From assembly GCA_951406725.2 (NCBI GenBank), contig OX597826.1, forward strand, positions 74,648,001 through 74,712,000: DNA of 64,000 nucleotides, read 5' to 3'. Positions within the stretch are counted from its first letter, which is position 1, and the number at the start of each line of letters is the position of its first letter. This DNA is from Octopus vulgaris. Its lineage: Eukaryota. Under the pieces are notes generated by a model, which was given only the letters and a program-made list of their open reading frames with translations, was not told the origin of the DNA and made no database searches. Shown here piece by piece: positions 28,717 through 42,889 of the stretch. The position numbers were made by a program, and so were the translations under genes.

Positions 28717-29137
28717 CCACCTCTACTAAAATTTGATTTTGTGTACAATGAAGTCAATATTTTTCGGTATTGAAATATGCTTAGAGCTTCGTCTTTTGTT
28801 TCCACTTCAGCAGTCAAATGGAAATGTAAGGTGCGAGACACGACAGCAGCATTCACACGCACACAATTATTAGTAACCCTTTCAAGGTTTCACACTTGAA
28901 AGGGCTACCATAAAGAACGATGATACGGGTCAGTGTTAGCACATTATGGACCATTTTTCTCTCGGGCGGTAGAGACAAGGGTCACACATTAACACAGCAA
29001 CCAACCAGCCTAGCTAATTACATTTACTATCGTTTCACCGCCTTAATTTGTCTGTTCGTCCCACTACATTTCATGTGGTATCTATCTTCCCCTTTCTCTT
29101 CTTATTCATACGTAAAAACACGTTGTCAACATAAACC

Positions 29138-29370
29138 TATTTCTTTATTACCCACAAGGGGCTAAACATAGAGGGGACAAACAAGGACAGACATAGGTAT
29201 TAAGTCGATTACATCGACCTCAGTGCGTCACTGGTACTTAATTTATCGACCCCGAAAGGATGAAAGGCAAAGTCGACCTCGGCGGAATTTGAACTCTGAA
29301 CGTAGCGGCAGACGAAATACCGCTCAGCATTTCGTCCGGCGCGCTAACGTTTCTGCCAGCTCGCCGCCTA
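29138..29370 (-). mobile_element. SINE family B monomer with 16-bp TSD
   Basis: GTTGTCAACATAAACC at 29122-29137 and 29371-29386. Confidence 0.9.
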
Positions 29371-30085
29371 GTTGTCAACATAAACCGTTAAATAAATCCC
29401 CTTTCAAATGCTTCCCTGCTTCTTCATCCACTTGCCATACTTGTCTCTCGTGTCTCACTCTTTCCTACTTACCCGATATATTTTATTGGTCATCACTTCA
29501 ATTGTTTTACTCGTATAAAGAAGATATTGATTTACAGAAGCGGTAGAACAATTCGATCGTGGAAGAGATTTCAAGGATTGAACTCATTCCGTTCTTCAAA
29601 TTCGTAGCTTTTTACCAATTTAAGATATCAAACTCGGCTCAATTTTGATCCTACTTTCAGAGACTCGACTGCTTCAATGCATAACGTCATCTCCTTGATG
29701 GCCTTAAAAAATGGCAATTTAACGGAGTGATTTCAAAATACACTTTCGGTACGCCAAGGGAACCCTCTCTAATTGCGCCTATGTACTTTTGTTTCTTGAG
29801 CTACCGTTGAAGCTGGGGGTCATGAGAAGTAGCAACGAAGGGAACCCGTGTCGGCATACGACAGTGTGATCATAAAATGAGACACAAAAAGCAAAATAAA
29901 GAAAGCTCGGCATAGCACAAGATGTTGCCTGAAGCATGTTACCAAGATTTGGCAGCGCAACACGAAAGTAAGTCGTTGAACTGGCATTCCTGGTAATAAT
30001 GTGAGCTGCGTCAGTTTTTGGTGGTGTACGGGGATGCATTTTAATGTCGGGTGTCAATTAACGATAGGATATATCGTATTATTAT

Positions 30086-30380
30086 GTGGAGGCGCAATGG
30101 CCCAGTGGTTAGGGCAGCGGACTTGCGGTCGTAGGATCGCAGTTTCGATTCCCAGACCGGGCGTTGTGAGTGTTTATTGAGCGAAAACACCTAAAGCTCC
30201 ACGAGGCTCCAGCAGGAAGTGGTGGTGATCCCTGCTGTACTCTTTCACCACTCTTTCTTCTGTTGGCCTGCTCGCTTAGCCAGCGGGGTGGCGTCATTCG
30301 AAGGCTAAAGCAACGCGAACGCATTGTGACCAGCGATGTGTAACAACATCTGATGGTCTGGTCGGTCACGTGATCACGTA
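30086..30380 (+). mobile_element. SINE family C, tail type iii
   Basis: tRNA-like head, then GCTTAGCCAGCGGGGTGGCGTCATT...GGTCACGTGATCACGT. Confidence 0.9.
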
Positions 30381-30554
30381 TTATTAGACTGAGCTGTGAT
30401 TGTGTGGTTAGTGTATCGGTTGATGTGTATTGTTCAGTGCTGACTGTGTTGTGTGGTTTGTGTTATATAATAAATATGAGGTGGTGATTGTCCAGTCAAG
30501 GCAGATGTTGTGTAAGTAGTACTCAGTGTGCATTGTTTGAACCGTGCTGTTGAA

Positions 30555-31645
30555 AGTGTCCTTGCCAAAGATTGGGATATGTCCAGTAGGACCATTGTTA
30601 GGACGGTGTATAGAATTAATAGTTCTGATAGGTTTTCTCCATATTATTTATTATCAGACCTACTGCTCCAATTTGCATTGGTACTGTTTTCCCTTTTCAT
30701 TCCCTATTTTCTGCTTGCTTCACTTTCAAGACCCTTGAACTTTTAGAACCTCTGCACCGCTTTCTGCTCGTTGTTTTTGTTTGAATGTATCACAATGGCG
30801 ATAAGCCCTGGTTTTTACTTTGGCCAACTTTATCTCTTTCGGATCTTGTAGGCTTTTACACATGAAGTGATTTTTCTCCAAATATTTTCTTCATTTAGAA
30901 TTCAGTTTAATTTTTGTCTTTTTAAATCTTTTCTGTTTTTATTCTTTTTCCTTTTCTAAATCTTTTTTCTTCTCTGTGATTTAGTTTCTAGTTAATATTT
31001 TATCGTTTCCTTAAATACAGAAAAAACCTATTCTCATCTTTGATTATTACACAAATCTGTTTTCCTTTGCTGGCTTCTAAGTATTTTCCAGTCTCACTGT
31101 CGTTATATCGTAGCAGTTACCTATATGCACAGACTCCAGACTCCAGACTCCAGCCTCTCTGTATACCTGCTATGTTCTACGCATATCTTCTCTTGGGTGG
31201 CAACTTCTGATCCCGCTTAGTTTCCTGAATCCTTTTCTTTTATCTCAGCTCTTTAGATCTTTTAATTTCCATTTCATAATGTTAAGGCTATGATTTATCA
31301 CTAGGAAAGCCAACGTATTTATACTTAGTCATCTTATTTCTAACACCAAGTTCAGTCTTTTCTTTATAGTTTGTCTCTTCTCTAATACTCTTTTCTGTTC
31401 TTCCCCATTTCTATGCTGCATTTTATCAGTTTCATCTACTCTTAAGTATTTGTATGTGTGGATTGTGTTCTACTTTCTGCTATCGTTGTCTGGATCTAAA
31501 CTAATGTTCTCTAGTTTAGTTAATTTGTCTCTTCTTATAATAGCTTTGGCACATTTATCTAATCTTATACTCATTATAATATCTTAACTGAATTCATGTA
31601 CAATTTCTTGCAGTCTCTCCAGAAACATATTATCTCTCGTAAATA
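30555..31645 (-). pseudogene. Decayed R4/Dong-type non-LTR retrotransposon (RT C-terminus plus restriction-like endonuclease tail)
   Basis: Minus-strand translation gives IVHEFS*DIIMSIRLDKCAKAIIRRDKL...TYKYLRV, then KFKGLESEASRK*GMK..TVPMQIGAVGLI...MVLLDISQSLARTLS. These resemble the GMEFGLDKC/YKYLG and KY.DL...VPVVIGALG motifs of RLE-type LINEs. Confidence 0.75.
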
Positions 31646-31908
31646 GTTAAGTCAGCCAAATAGAGAGAAGTGGGATAATAGTCCGTAACATTTATAAACA
31701 ACGGTGGTTTGATTTATTACTCTCACTTCTCAGTAATCTTATTTATATTGCCTGTTTTCACTGCACAGCCAAACGACGATCGGTTGAGAATGTAGTTTCA
31801 TTTGTTTTGGTTTTATATTTTCTACTGAAATGACAGTACTCTGCGATGTTTGTTTGTTTGTTTGTTTGCGTATGTGTGTGTGTGTGTGTGTGCGTGTGTG
31901 TTTGTTTA

Positions 31909-31924
<16 letters not shown>

Positions 31925-31941
<17 letters not shown>

Positions 31942-32075
31942 TTCAATAAATAGGGAGGTTAAATGCGAGCTACTATGAGTTTCATGTGCCTCTGGTACTA
32001 CAATTGTCGGACGAACTTGTAAAGCGTACTGTGTGTTATCAGGGCAATCATTCAGGCTCTATGGAAGTGTATACA

Positions 32076-32130
<55 letters not shown>

Positions 32131-32320
32131 ATGTGTGTGTGTGAGAGAGAGAGAAAGAAAGAGAGAGAGAGATTCAATAAATAAGGAGGTTAAATGCGAG
32201 CTACTATAAGTTTCATGCGCCTCTGGTACTACAATTGTCGGACGAACTTGTGAAGCATACTGTGTGTTATCAGGGCAATCATTCAGGCTTTATGCAAGTG
32301 TATATATACATGTGTGTGTG
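31925..32320 (+). repeat. Local tandem duplication of a ~140-bp unique segment bracketed by (TG)n(GA)n
   Basis: GATTCAATAAATA.GGAGGTTAAATGCGAGC...CAGGGCAATCATTCAGGCT at ~31940 and ~32171. Confidence 0.9.
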
Positions 32321-32759
32321 TGCGTGCGTGCGTGAATTGCCTAGCAGTGATATTCTCTGCATATTGCGCATCATCAGAATGTATTAGGATTTGGGATTTG
32401 AGTTTGTATTTGTATGTCTTCCAATCATTTCTAAGACACCAGTCCATGATAAAAAGACAGTTTCTCATTTCACTCCTCACATTCTGGGTTTGCTCAATTT
32501 CTTTTACAATACATTACCGTTTCCAGGGATTGAAAGTTTTGACTAAGAAGCACTATATTTTCCTAGTGGGCTTCTGATAAGGCTTATTTTTTTTTTTGTT
32601 ATCCGCTGCTGATGGCATCACTCCAGTTATTCCACTTAATACGCGAGCGACCGAGATCGAAGCGCGAAAAGGTGAGAAAATGCTCACACTGACACGGGCA
32701 CATGCACTCACTGACATGCTTATACATATGCATACGTGTATATGTGCATAAGTGTATGC

Positions 32760-32925
32760 AGGCGCAAGAGTGGCTGTGTGGTAAGTAGCTTGCTTACCAA
32801 CCATATGGTTCTGGGTACAGTCCCACTGCGTAGCACCTTGGACAAGTGTCTTCTACTATAGCCTCGGGACGACCAAAGCTTTGTGAGTGGAACTGGTAGA
32901 CGGAAACTGAAAGAATCCCGTCGTA
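32760..32925 (+). mobile_element. SINE family A, 5' half
   Basis: Head through GAAACTGAAAGAA.CCCGTCG, ending at the internal microsatellite position. Confidence 0.85.
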
Positions 32926-32943
32926 TATAATCACATTCCCTAA

Positions 32944-33005
<62 letters not shown>

Positions 33006-33027
33006 TATTATTATTATCATCATCATC

Positions 33028-33066
<39 letters not shown>

Positions 33067-33077
33067 GAGAATATTGA

Positions 33078-33345
33078 TCTCGCGTGATCACGTAATCCAG
33101 TAGACATTCGGATGGTGTTATACATCGCTGGTCACAATGCGCTTTGCATTGCTTAGACGAGCAGACCAACATTCCTTCCTGATCGGAAGGAGATTCCATC
33201 AAAGGGTCACCCATTTACAGCTGAGGGGACTGGAGCGACATGAAGTGAAGTGTTTTGCTCAAGAACGCGCCGTCCGGTCATGGAATCGAAACCGTGGTCT
33301 AGTGATTGTGAGTGGAATGTCCTAACCACTAGTCCATGCGCTTAC
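33078..33345 (-). mobile_element. Old SINE: D-type central domain with tail iii
   Basis: TTCTTGAGCAAAACACTT...CTCAGCTGTAAATGGG followed by GCGCATTGTGACCAGCGATGT. Confidence 0.7.
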
Positions 33346-33607
33346 ACATACAGTAGAGAAGAGAAATTTGAACAAATAGAGTTGTCTAAGAAGCGGTAGC
33401 GGCTTTAGTAATCGATCGCCGAAGGTTTATCGAATAAATGGGAACATTAATAAATATAAAGGGGATACGATAAGATGATGAGAATAAATGATTTAGTGTT
33501 AACATATACAATATCAGGAGAATTTAAAAGCTGATCAGATATAATTATACAGTGGGTAAAAAACGAAAACAATATTATTCAATTACCAATGATGATATTT
33601 TAATTCT

Positions 33608-34169
33608 TTGACCAAATGTGGAAGACAATTTGAACATGTTTCAGTATTATTATGGCCTCATCAGACAGTCTTCACCGTCATTGCAGAAGACATGTTTCGG
33701 TATTATTGTGATCTCATAAGACAGTCTTCACCGTTATTGCCGAAGAAGAATCAATTCATAAATATACATAAAATCTACAAGATCGTTTACTGGTTGGTGT
33801 TTTTTTTTTTTGGCAAGTGTGAAAGACAACTCTGAACATGTTTCGGTATTATTGTGATCTCATCAGACAGTCTTCCCCGTTATTGCTAAAGGGATGATAG
33901 AAGAATCACAGCATAAATGTACATTAAATCTACAAGATCGCTTGCTGGTTGGTGACTTTTGGCAAGTGTGAAAGACAACTCTGAGCATGTTTCGGTATTA
34001 TTGTGATCTCATCAGACAGTCTTCCCCGTTATTGCTAAAGGGATGATAGAAGAATCACAGCATAAATGTACATTAAATCTACAAGATCGCTTGCTGGTTG
34101 GTGACTTTTGGCAAGTGTGAAAGACAACTCTGAGCATGTTTCGGTATTATTGTGATCTCATCAGACAGT
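33608..34169 (-). repeat. 149-bp tandem repeat with one hammerhead-like motif per unit (retrozyme-like, family H6)
   Basis: Units start at 33812, 33961 and 34110, plus two older partial units. The minus strand reads ACTGT-CTGATGA-GATC..ACC-GAAAC-ATG; cores at 33658, 33714 (mutated), 33860, 34009 and 34158. Confidence 0.75.
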
Positions 34170-34410
34170 TAGGAAAATGGACTTGTTTAGAACAAGACTT
34201 CTCTAATCCTTCAATTATCTTCTCGACGCCATCTGTAGATCATGTTATCGTCTCTACATCCACTTCTCAATCAATACACCTTTTAATTAGATGGGTCGTT
34301 TACATGTTGTCTTATACTTCGCCCTCCACACTCTCCCCCCTTTCTCTCCCTCTCTTTCACTCAACCATTCCTGTATGTGTTTAGATTCGTGTATGTCATC
34401 TGCCTCTCAT

Positions 34411-34454
<44 letters not shown>

Positions 34455-34576
34455 CCTCCCTCCCTCTTAATTTCTCTTTCATTCTCTGTTTGACACTCAC
34501 TCTTTCTCTCTCTCCCTCTCTAGTTCACGGTCGGTCTCTCTTAGAGTCTATATATTATGTGTTTGTTTGTCTGCAT

Positions 34577-34621
<45 letters not shown>

Positions 34622-35108
34622 GCGCGCACACACACACTTTCTCGACATCTGCCAATATTTTAGATTGCGTTTGTGTATAAACTCTTGTGTGTCTATCACT
34701 ACTTCATATCTCTCACTTTCCCTCTCTCTTTCTCCCCCTCTCTCTTTCTCCCATCTCTCAGTATTTTCTCTCTTTGTATCTATACCTTTTTTTTTTGCTT
34801 TCTTTTTCTGTCAACTTTTACGAAGATAAAAAACTGAAATTGAAAATATTCTCATTTATCCCCTATCGTTACGCCTTGTGCATCATTTTCTATCATTTGA
34901 TAAAGAGGTAACCACCCCTCTCTCCCCTACAACACTCGGAGGAAGCCACCCATCACCACGAACCAGGCGGTGTTTACCCACCACAGTACGCCTGCATGGC
35001 AACCATCAGAAAAGCTAAGGAGGTTTCCCTACATCACACGGCCTACTAATTCTCCCGTCCCACCAAATTATAAATGGGCCTTTTACTAATTTCACAGAAT
35101 CATCCTAT

Positions 35109-35333
35109 CCTATTTCGTTATTACCCACAAGGGGCTAAACACAGAGGGGACAAACAAGGACAGACATAGGTATTAAGTCGATTACATCGACCCCAGTGCG
35201 TAACTGGTACTTAATTTATCGGCCCCGAAAGGATGAAATTCAAAGTCGACCTCGGCGGAATTTGAACTCACAACGTAACGCAGACGAAATACCGCTAAGC
35301 ATTTCACCCGGCGTGCTAACGTTTCTGCCAGCT
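35109..35333 (-). mobile_element. SINE family B monomer
   Basis: Colinear with 29138; short flanking repeat CTATCC. Confidence 0.85.
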
Positions 35334-35794
35334 ATCCGTTATTCCTCAACCATTATGACTGTAAGAAGTGCAGATAAAATCATTGCATCGTCTGCTCGCT
35401 TGGCTCTCAGCTTCACCCCACATCACTAGATTCTTCATGTCGAAAATTTCTGCGGAATTCGGCATAAAATGTTCCTAATTAGTCTTTCTTATATTTAGGC
35501 AGTGTGTTACTTATTCCAAGGCCCCAATAATTGCAGATATAAACTTGAACTTGTATGTATGTATGTATATGTATGTATAATCTGTGTCTCTATGTATGTG
35601 TGTGTGGCTCTATCTAACATCTACGCGTGTATGTATGTGGATAAACCAAGTCAAAACTGTAAGAGATTGGCCCCTTTTTTCTCTCATATCACGTGTATAA
35701 GGAGAAGGTGGATTATTTTCTAAGTGCCCACTTTCTACACTATCTTATTAAAATCCATGGAATCTTAACGTAGCCTACATTTTTGCTCAACCCC

Positions 35795-35955
35795 TCTTTT
35801 ACTTGTTTCAGTCATTTGACTATGGCCATGCTGGAGCACCGCCTTTAGTCGAGCAAATCGACCCCGGGACTTATTCTTTGTAAGTCTAGTACTTATTCTA
35901 TCGGTCTCTTTTGCCGAACTGCTAAGTTACAGGGACGTAAACACATCAGCATCTG
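35795..35955 (-). mobile_element. SINE family A, 3' half
   Basis: GTTTCAGTCATTTGACT...GGAGCACCGCC...GGGACGTAAACAC. Confidence 0.85.
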
Positions 35956-36344
35956 TTTATCTATTATACTATTATTCACTGTATCCGTCTTGTTTTAAGA
36001 GGGAACGTATAATTCTAGGTAAATATGACTGCTATTTCTTGCTGGTTAATTGTACCATGTGGAAGTTTCATCGTTGGAAACGATATCTTACAAGACTTTC
36101 GATAGTTCAATGTCCCATTTATCAAACACATAACTTAATTTCTAACTAGTTCCAATTGATTATTTCTTGCGGGATTTTTAACTTGGGAAGATATTGACCG
36201 CCATTAGTTATTCTACAATGTAATGGCTTCCCAGTTAACCGCTCAAAGGAATAAGCATTTCATCAATTCAAGGAAATGCTACAAGAAATGGAATAAATCT
36301 GTTGAAATATCTTAATCATAGCATCAAATTTTTTTATATCATTC

Positions 36345-36712
36345 TTTACTACTCTAGGCACAAGGCCCGAAATTTTTGGTGAGTGGGGTCAGTCGATTAG
36401 ATCAACTCCAGTATGCAACTGGTACTTAATTTATCGACCCCCGAAAGGATGAAAAGCAAAATCGACCTCAGCGGAAATTGAACTCAGAACGTAGCAGCAG
36501 ACGAAATACCTATTTCTTTATTATCCACAAGGGGCTAAACACAGAGAGAACAAACAAGGACAGACAAACTGATTAAGTCGATTAGATCGACCCCAGTACG
36601 TAACTGGTACTTAATTTATCGACCCCGAAAGGATGAAAGGCAAAGTCGACCTCGGCGGAATTTGAACTCAGACGAAATACCGCTAAGCATTTCGCCCGGC
36701 GTGCTCACCGCC
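36345..36712 (-). mobile_element. SINE family B dimer (long-tail unit plus short-tail body)
   Basis: Junction GAAATACC|TATTTC at ~36503-36516. Confidence 0.85.
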
Positions 36713-37357
36713 ATAGTTTGTATATTATTCTGTTGAACGATGAAATTATCTCGGTAAATTTCTGCTTTTGACATCAAATCGATAACTGAAAAACGTTCAT
36801 TTCAGTTGTTTATTAATAATGGAAATAATAACTCTATATTTATGTTATTGAGTGTTTTTTACAACTGATTCCTGTATGTTTTATGAAAGACAAACATTCT
36901 TTCTTTCGTAATTACAGACAAGTGAAGATTTAATACGTAAAGACAGTGCATACATATATACATACATACGATATTTTTCATCCAACGGGTTTTAAGAACC
37001 CAATATTCAACATGCTATCATTTGTGTGTGTGTGTATGTGTGTGCGTGTGTGTGTGTAAATATAAGTGCTGGTGTCAAATGCTGGATGGGCGCATTGGAA
37101 TTCTCTTTAAATGCCTTGCTTCATCTAATGTTACCATTAACATTAAGAAAATAAATAAATAATGAAATATAAAAAGTTCCTTTTGATATTTCTGAATGAA
37201 ACATATTCCGGAAACTCTTAAAATAGTATGAGATAAATTTCTTTCATGAAAATGTATTTTATTTGGATTCCACGTCGAGTTTCATAAAAATAGTCTAACC
37301 ATATTGGTTGCATCAAGGCTTAGCCCGCATCATTTAAACACAGTTACTGAGAGAACT

Positions 37358-38250
<893 letters not shown>

Positions 38251-38744
38251 AAGCTTAATATCACCAAACGGAATCGTTACAGAAACGACTTCTTACAACG
38301 TGTCAGAATTAATAGAGTTTACATGTCAACTGCTCTCTGACACAGATTGCATTTCGTTCACAGCGCCATCTATCCAGGTTAATATATTGCCATTATTCGG
38401 TTTTCAATGTTTTTTCTTTGTTTTCTTTGTGTGTGTGGGCGCGATTTTTTTGTTTTTATTTTTGTTTTTTGTTTTTTTGTTTTTTCATTGTCATTGGCTG
38501 ACATTTTTCATATTTATTATCATTTCATGGTGGATGGCTGTCCTCTTGAACTGTTCTTTTCTTAAATGTTATTAGATAGCTCTCTTAAATACATGTAACT
38601 ATCTAACAGCTCATCGCTATCACTCTTTATACGTCTTCACATATTCCTGGCGTTACGCACAGTGCCGTCTTAAGGCCTGGGCAGACTGGCCAGTTGCCCC
38701 GGGGCCTTACGGGTCTATGGGGTCCAATAAATAAATACTGGGTA

Positions 38745-39111
38745 TGGAAGCACTCCGTCGGTTACGACGAGGGTTCCGGTTGATCCGAATCAACGGAACA
38801 GCCTGCTCGTGAAATTAACGTGTAAGTGGCTGAGCACTCCACAGACACGTGTACCCTTAACGTAGTTCTCGGGGATATTCAGCGTGACACAGAGAGTGAC
38901 AAGGCCGGCCCCTTGAAATACAGGTACAACAGAAACAGGAAGAAAGAGTGAGAGAAAGTTGTGGTGAAAGAGTACAGCAGGGATCATCACCATCCCTGCC
39001 GGAGCCTCGTGGAGCTTTAGATGTTTTCGCTCAATAAACACTCACAACGCCCAGTCTGGGAATCGAAACCGCGATCTTACGACCGCGAGTCCGCTGCCCT
39101 AACCACTGGGC
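38745..39111 (-). mobile_element. SINE family C, tail type i
   Basis: C head and body, then AAGGGTACACGTGTCTGTGGAGTGCTCAGCC...CGTAACCGACGGAGTGC. Confidence 0.9.
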
Positions 39112-39247
39112 CGAATAAATACTATAGGGATCAGTACAATGATAAAGCTACTAAGAGCCCTGGTTACGTAGACATGTATCATTGGATATTGATTTATATC
39201 ATCTAATATAATAATGAGCGTAGTGTTTTTGTATATTTGTATATATA

Positions 39248-39360
39248 TCACCGTGAAATCACCGTGACCGACCGGACAATCAGATGTTGCTACACATCGC
39301 TGGTCACAATGCGCTTCGCATTGTTTTAGCCTTCAAATGACGCCACCCCGCTGGCTAAGC

Positions 39361-39362
<2 letters not shown>
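39248..39362 (-). mobile_element. Solo SINE tail iii fragment
   Basis: Reverse complement of 30274-30378; lies between TA tracts. Confidence 0.8.
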
Positions 39363-39419
<57 letters not shown>

Positions 39420-39464
39420 TAGATAGATGGACGGACGGACGGACGGACGGACGGACGGACGGAC

Positions 39465-39503
<39 letters not shown>

Positions 39504-39731
39504 TAGATAGGTAGATAGATAGATAAAGGGGTTTGTATGATTGTGTATAGAGGAATATATATTTTTCAAAGAAATTCCAACTCTGTCTGTTTTTTATGTT
39601 TTATTTATATTCTTTATAATATTAATGTAGAATATAGAATGTATATTGTATAAATAATATATATATAGTAAAATGAAATGAAGTATTGATTGTCTTATTG
39701 AATAGATGAAACATTGAATATCAAATATTAA

Positions 39732-39775
39732 GGGGCTAGTACACTTTCTTGCATTATAGCAGTCTTCAAGGCCCC
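39732..39775 (-). ncRNA. Hammerhead-like motif (family H7), imperfect core
   Basis: Minus strand GGGGC-CTTGAAGA-CTGC-TATAAT-GCAA-GAAA-GTGTAC-TA-GCCCC, followed by an AT-rich tail and a short (TA)n. Confidence 0.5.
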
Positions 39776-40005
39776 AGGGTGTGACAGGAATGTTTCATCC
39801 AGAATCGCGCCGGACGCGGAGGAGGGGAGCAAAGAGTAATTCAGTGAAGGAAAAGTAGTGAGAATAAAAGCCCTGACCGAGCGGGAATGAGAGAAAGGAA
39901 GGGGTGAAAAAAAATCAGCGTTTCAACTGTGTGTGAGTATATGTGTGTGTGTGTGAGTGTACAAGGGAAGTATGTGAATGTTTGTATATGTGATTATTGT
40001 GTACC

Positions 40006-40342
40006 GTGAAGGCGCATGGCTCAGTGGTTAGAGCATCGAGCTTACGATCGTAGAGTTGTGAGCTCGATTCCCCGACCGGGCTGCGTGTTGTGTTCTTCAG
40101 CAAGACACTTTATTTCACGTTGCTCCAGTGAACTCAGCTGTAGAAATGGGTTGTGACATCACTGGTGCCAAGCTGTATCGACCCCTTTGCCTTTCCCTTG
40201 GATAACATCGGTGGTGTGGTACGAGGAAGCTGGTATGCATGGGCGACTGCTGGTCTTCCATAAACAACCTTACCCGGACTTTTGCCTTGGAGGGTAACTT
40301 TCTAGGTGCAATCCCATGGTCATTCATGACCGAAGGGGGTTT
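40006..40342 (+). mobile_element. SINE family D, full length
   Basis: Colinear with 11752. Confidence 0.9.
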
Positions 40343-40510
40343 CATATTTTGTACCTTATTTATATATATAATACTACAATTAGCCTTCATTATTGACGGT
40401 AGGTGGTCAGCTAGGGAAATATAAGAAACTCTAACAAGTCGAGTAGCCAGGTAAAGATTCCTTCGTTGGTTCCATGTTTTCTTATTCAGATTTAATGGTG
40501 TGGCCGATGT

Positions 40511-40735
40511 TCAGCATGCGCAATGCATGCTTACTCTTTTACTTGTTTCAACCACTTCACTGTGACCATGCTGGAGCCACCGCCTTTAGTCGAACAAATC
40601 GACCCCAGGACTTATTCTTCGTAAGCCTAGTACTTATTATTGTATCAGTCTCTGCCGAAGCGCTAAGTTACGGGGATGTAAACACACTAACATCGGTTGT
40701 CAAGTGATGGTGGGGGACAAACAGACACACAAATA
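40511..40735 (-). mobile_element. SINE family A, 3' half
   Basis: Colinear with 51480-51690. Confidence 0.8.
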
Positions 40736-40877
40736 GATACATACATATAGAGAAAGAAGATAAACAGAAATGAGAAAATATGATATAACAACGGGTAATT
40801 GATAATAGTTGATATAGTCGTCGTCATTGTTGTTGTTGTTGTTGTTGTTCAAATATTCAGCTACCATTGACCTGTTA

Positions 40878-41195
40878 GTGGAGGCGCAATGGCCCAGTGG
40901 TTTGGGCAGCGGACTCGCGGTCGCAGGATCGCGGTTTCGATTCCCAGACCGGGCGTTGTGTGTGTTTATTGAGCGAAAACACCTAAAAGATCCACGAGGC
41001 TCCGGCAGGAGGTGTTGGCGACCCCTGTTGTACTCTTTCGCCCCGACTTTCTCTCACTCTCTTTTCCTGTTTCTTGAGTAACGCTGCGATGGACTGGCAT
41101 CCCGTCCAGCTGGGGGGAACACATACGCCACAGAAACCGGGAAACCGGGCCCATGAGCCTGGCTAAGCTTGAAAAGGGCGCTTAAATAAATAAAA
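40878..41195 (+). mobile_element. SINE family C, tail type ii
   Basis: Tail GCGATGGACTGGCATCCCGTCCAG...(TAAA)n; flanked by the repeat ATTGACCTGTTA (~40866 and ~41195), a likely TSD. Confidence 0.9.
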
Positions 41196-41397
41196 TTGAC
41201 CTGTTAATCAAACCAAATTTTAAATAAGATACATATACGGCGATATATACACTGACCGCCGTATTTCTCTGACTCATCCAATGAGATTATCCCCTTCTCT
41301 GTTACGAAGGGATTTCTAATATTTCTTTCATCTGAACCTACAGGAGTAAAAACAAAATCTTAGCTATTCTCATGTTATTTTCCGATTTTTCCAATTT

Positions 41398-41790
41398 AAG
41401 GCGGCAGAATCGTTAGCACGCCGGGCGAAATGCTTTGCAGCATTTCCTCTGCCGCTACGTTCTGAGTTCAAATTCCACCGAGGTCGACTTTGCCTTTCAT
41501 TCTTTCAGGGTCGATTAAATAAGTACCAGTTATGCACTGGGGTCGATATAATCGACTTAATCCGTTTGTCTGTCCTTGTTTGTCCTCTCTGTGTTTAGCC
41601 CCTTGTGGGTAGTAAAGAAAAAGGTATTTCGTTTGTCTTTATGTTCTGAGTTCAAATTCCGCTGGAGTCGACTTTGCCTTTCATCCTTTCGGGGCCGATA
41701 AAATAAGTACTAGTTGGACCATGGGGTCGGTTTAATCGACTTAGACCCTTCCACCAAGACTGCTGGCCTTGTGCAAAAATTTGAAGCTAA
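41398..41790 (+). mobile_element. SINE family B dimer
   Basis: Young unit joined at GGTATTTC (41623) to an older short-tail body. Confidence 0.85.
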
Positions 41791-42889
41791 TATTATTTTC
41801 CGATTGCAATTTTTTTCCCACGGTCATACAAACAGATATGAAAGTTTATCTAAAGCAAATCCAATTCCTCCATCCAGATAGAATGTGTTAATTAGGTCAA
41901 GTAGATTTCTTTATATCAAGAGGTGTTGGAGGTGAGTGGTTAAAAGTCAGCGAGACAGCAAGTATGACACCATTTCTTTCCTGCCGCCTCTTTTCTTTTC
42001 TCTTAAAAAAGGGCGTAGACAAGTCGGGCACCGCTGGTAATTGTATGTACAAATAGTATTGTATCATCAAATATCACAAAGAAACTCTGAATGCGGAAGG
42101 ATTTTTTTCCATTGATAAAAGCATTAAAGCATTAGACATCTCACTGTTACACACAAATAAACAACTTTATCTACCGCTTGCTTTGCAGAATTGTGTTTTT
42201 CTGTAATTCGATGAAGTTTTATTTTATCTTATTTTTGTTAACTGTGATAACCCTCTCCCTACGAACAAATACCATTGTTGACACCATATCTAATTGGTCC
42301 TGAATAACGGCTCCCTCTCAGAATAAATTAAATGAGGCTTAGCGAAACTATTTAAGCTGTCACCTCCACAATTTACTTAATCAAGCTAAATCGCCAATGG
42401 CTTATTTTTACAGCTTTTTTTTTTCTAAGTATTTTTCGCTCCCGGTCAGTTGGGTCGATTACTTTGAAGGAACCCCTATGAGAATATCATATGTATGACT
42501 TGGGGCTCCTCTACGTAGTCACAACTTGTTGCTAGAAGTAGGTACTTCACCTCACTCAAATCACACCCGCCGTCTTCAAAGATGTCGTCACATTAGATTA
42601 TGTAGTCCTAGTTGTACGTAGGGAAGTGTCCGTTTGTATCAAGGTGCCAAGATCAAATCTTATTGGTCCATCGCGGAAATTCAGTGACATGCTTAGTACA
42701 CTCTCATCCAGGAAGTTGCCGAGGACCGTTCGTCAGAGAAAGACGGGAAAGACATGTTGGTCACTGATTGAATATCTTTGATCATTGATCGTTCGGGGCT
42801 GAACGGCACCGTCGTATCACGGCTTGAACACCATTAATCAAGAGAATTGATCAGCACCATTAATCATAAAACATTATGAAAGCTGAGAA

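Noticed and set aside
29223-29546. Recurrent peptide WYLIYRPRKDERQSRPRRNLNS in several ORFs
   Set aside because: It is the antisense translation of the SINE B core, not a protein family.
30086-30160. SINE heads as tRNA genes
   Set aside because: A and B boxes are present but run into SINE bodies with no proper acceptor stem, and the copies are dispersed and diverged.
38660-38725. CAGTGCCGTC...GGGCC resembling a hAT terminal sequence
   Set aside because: No matching opposite end was found.
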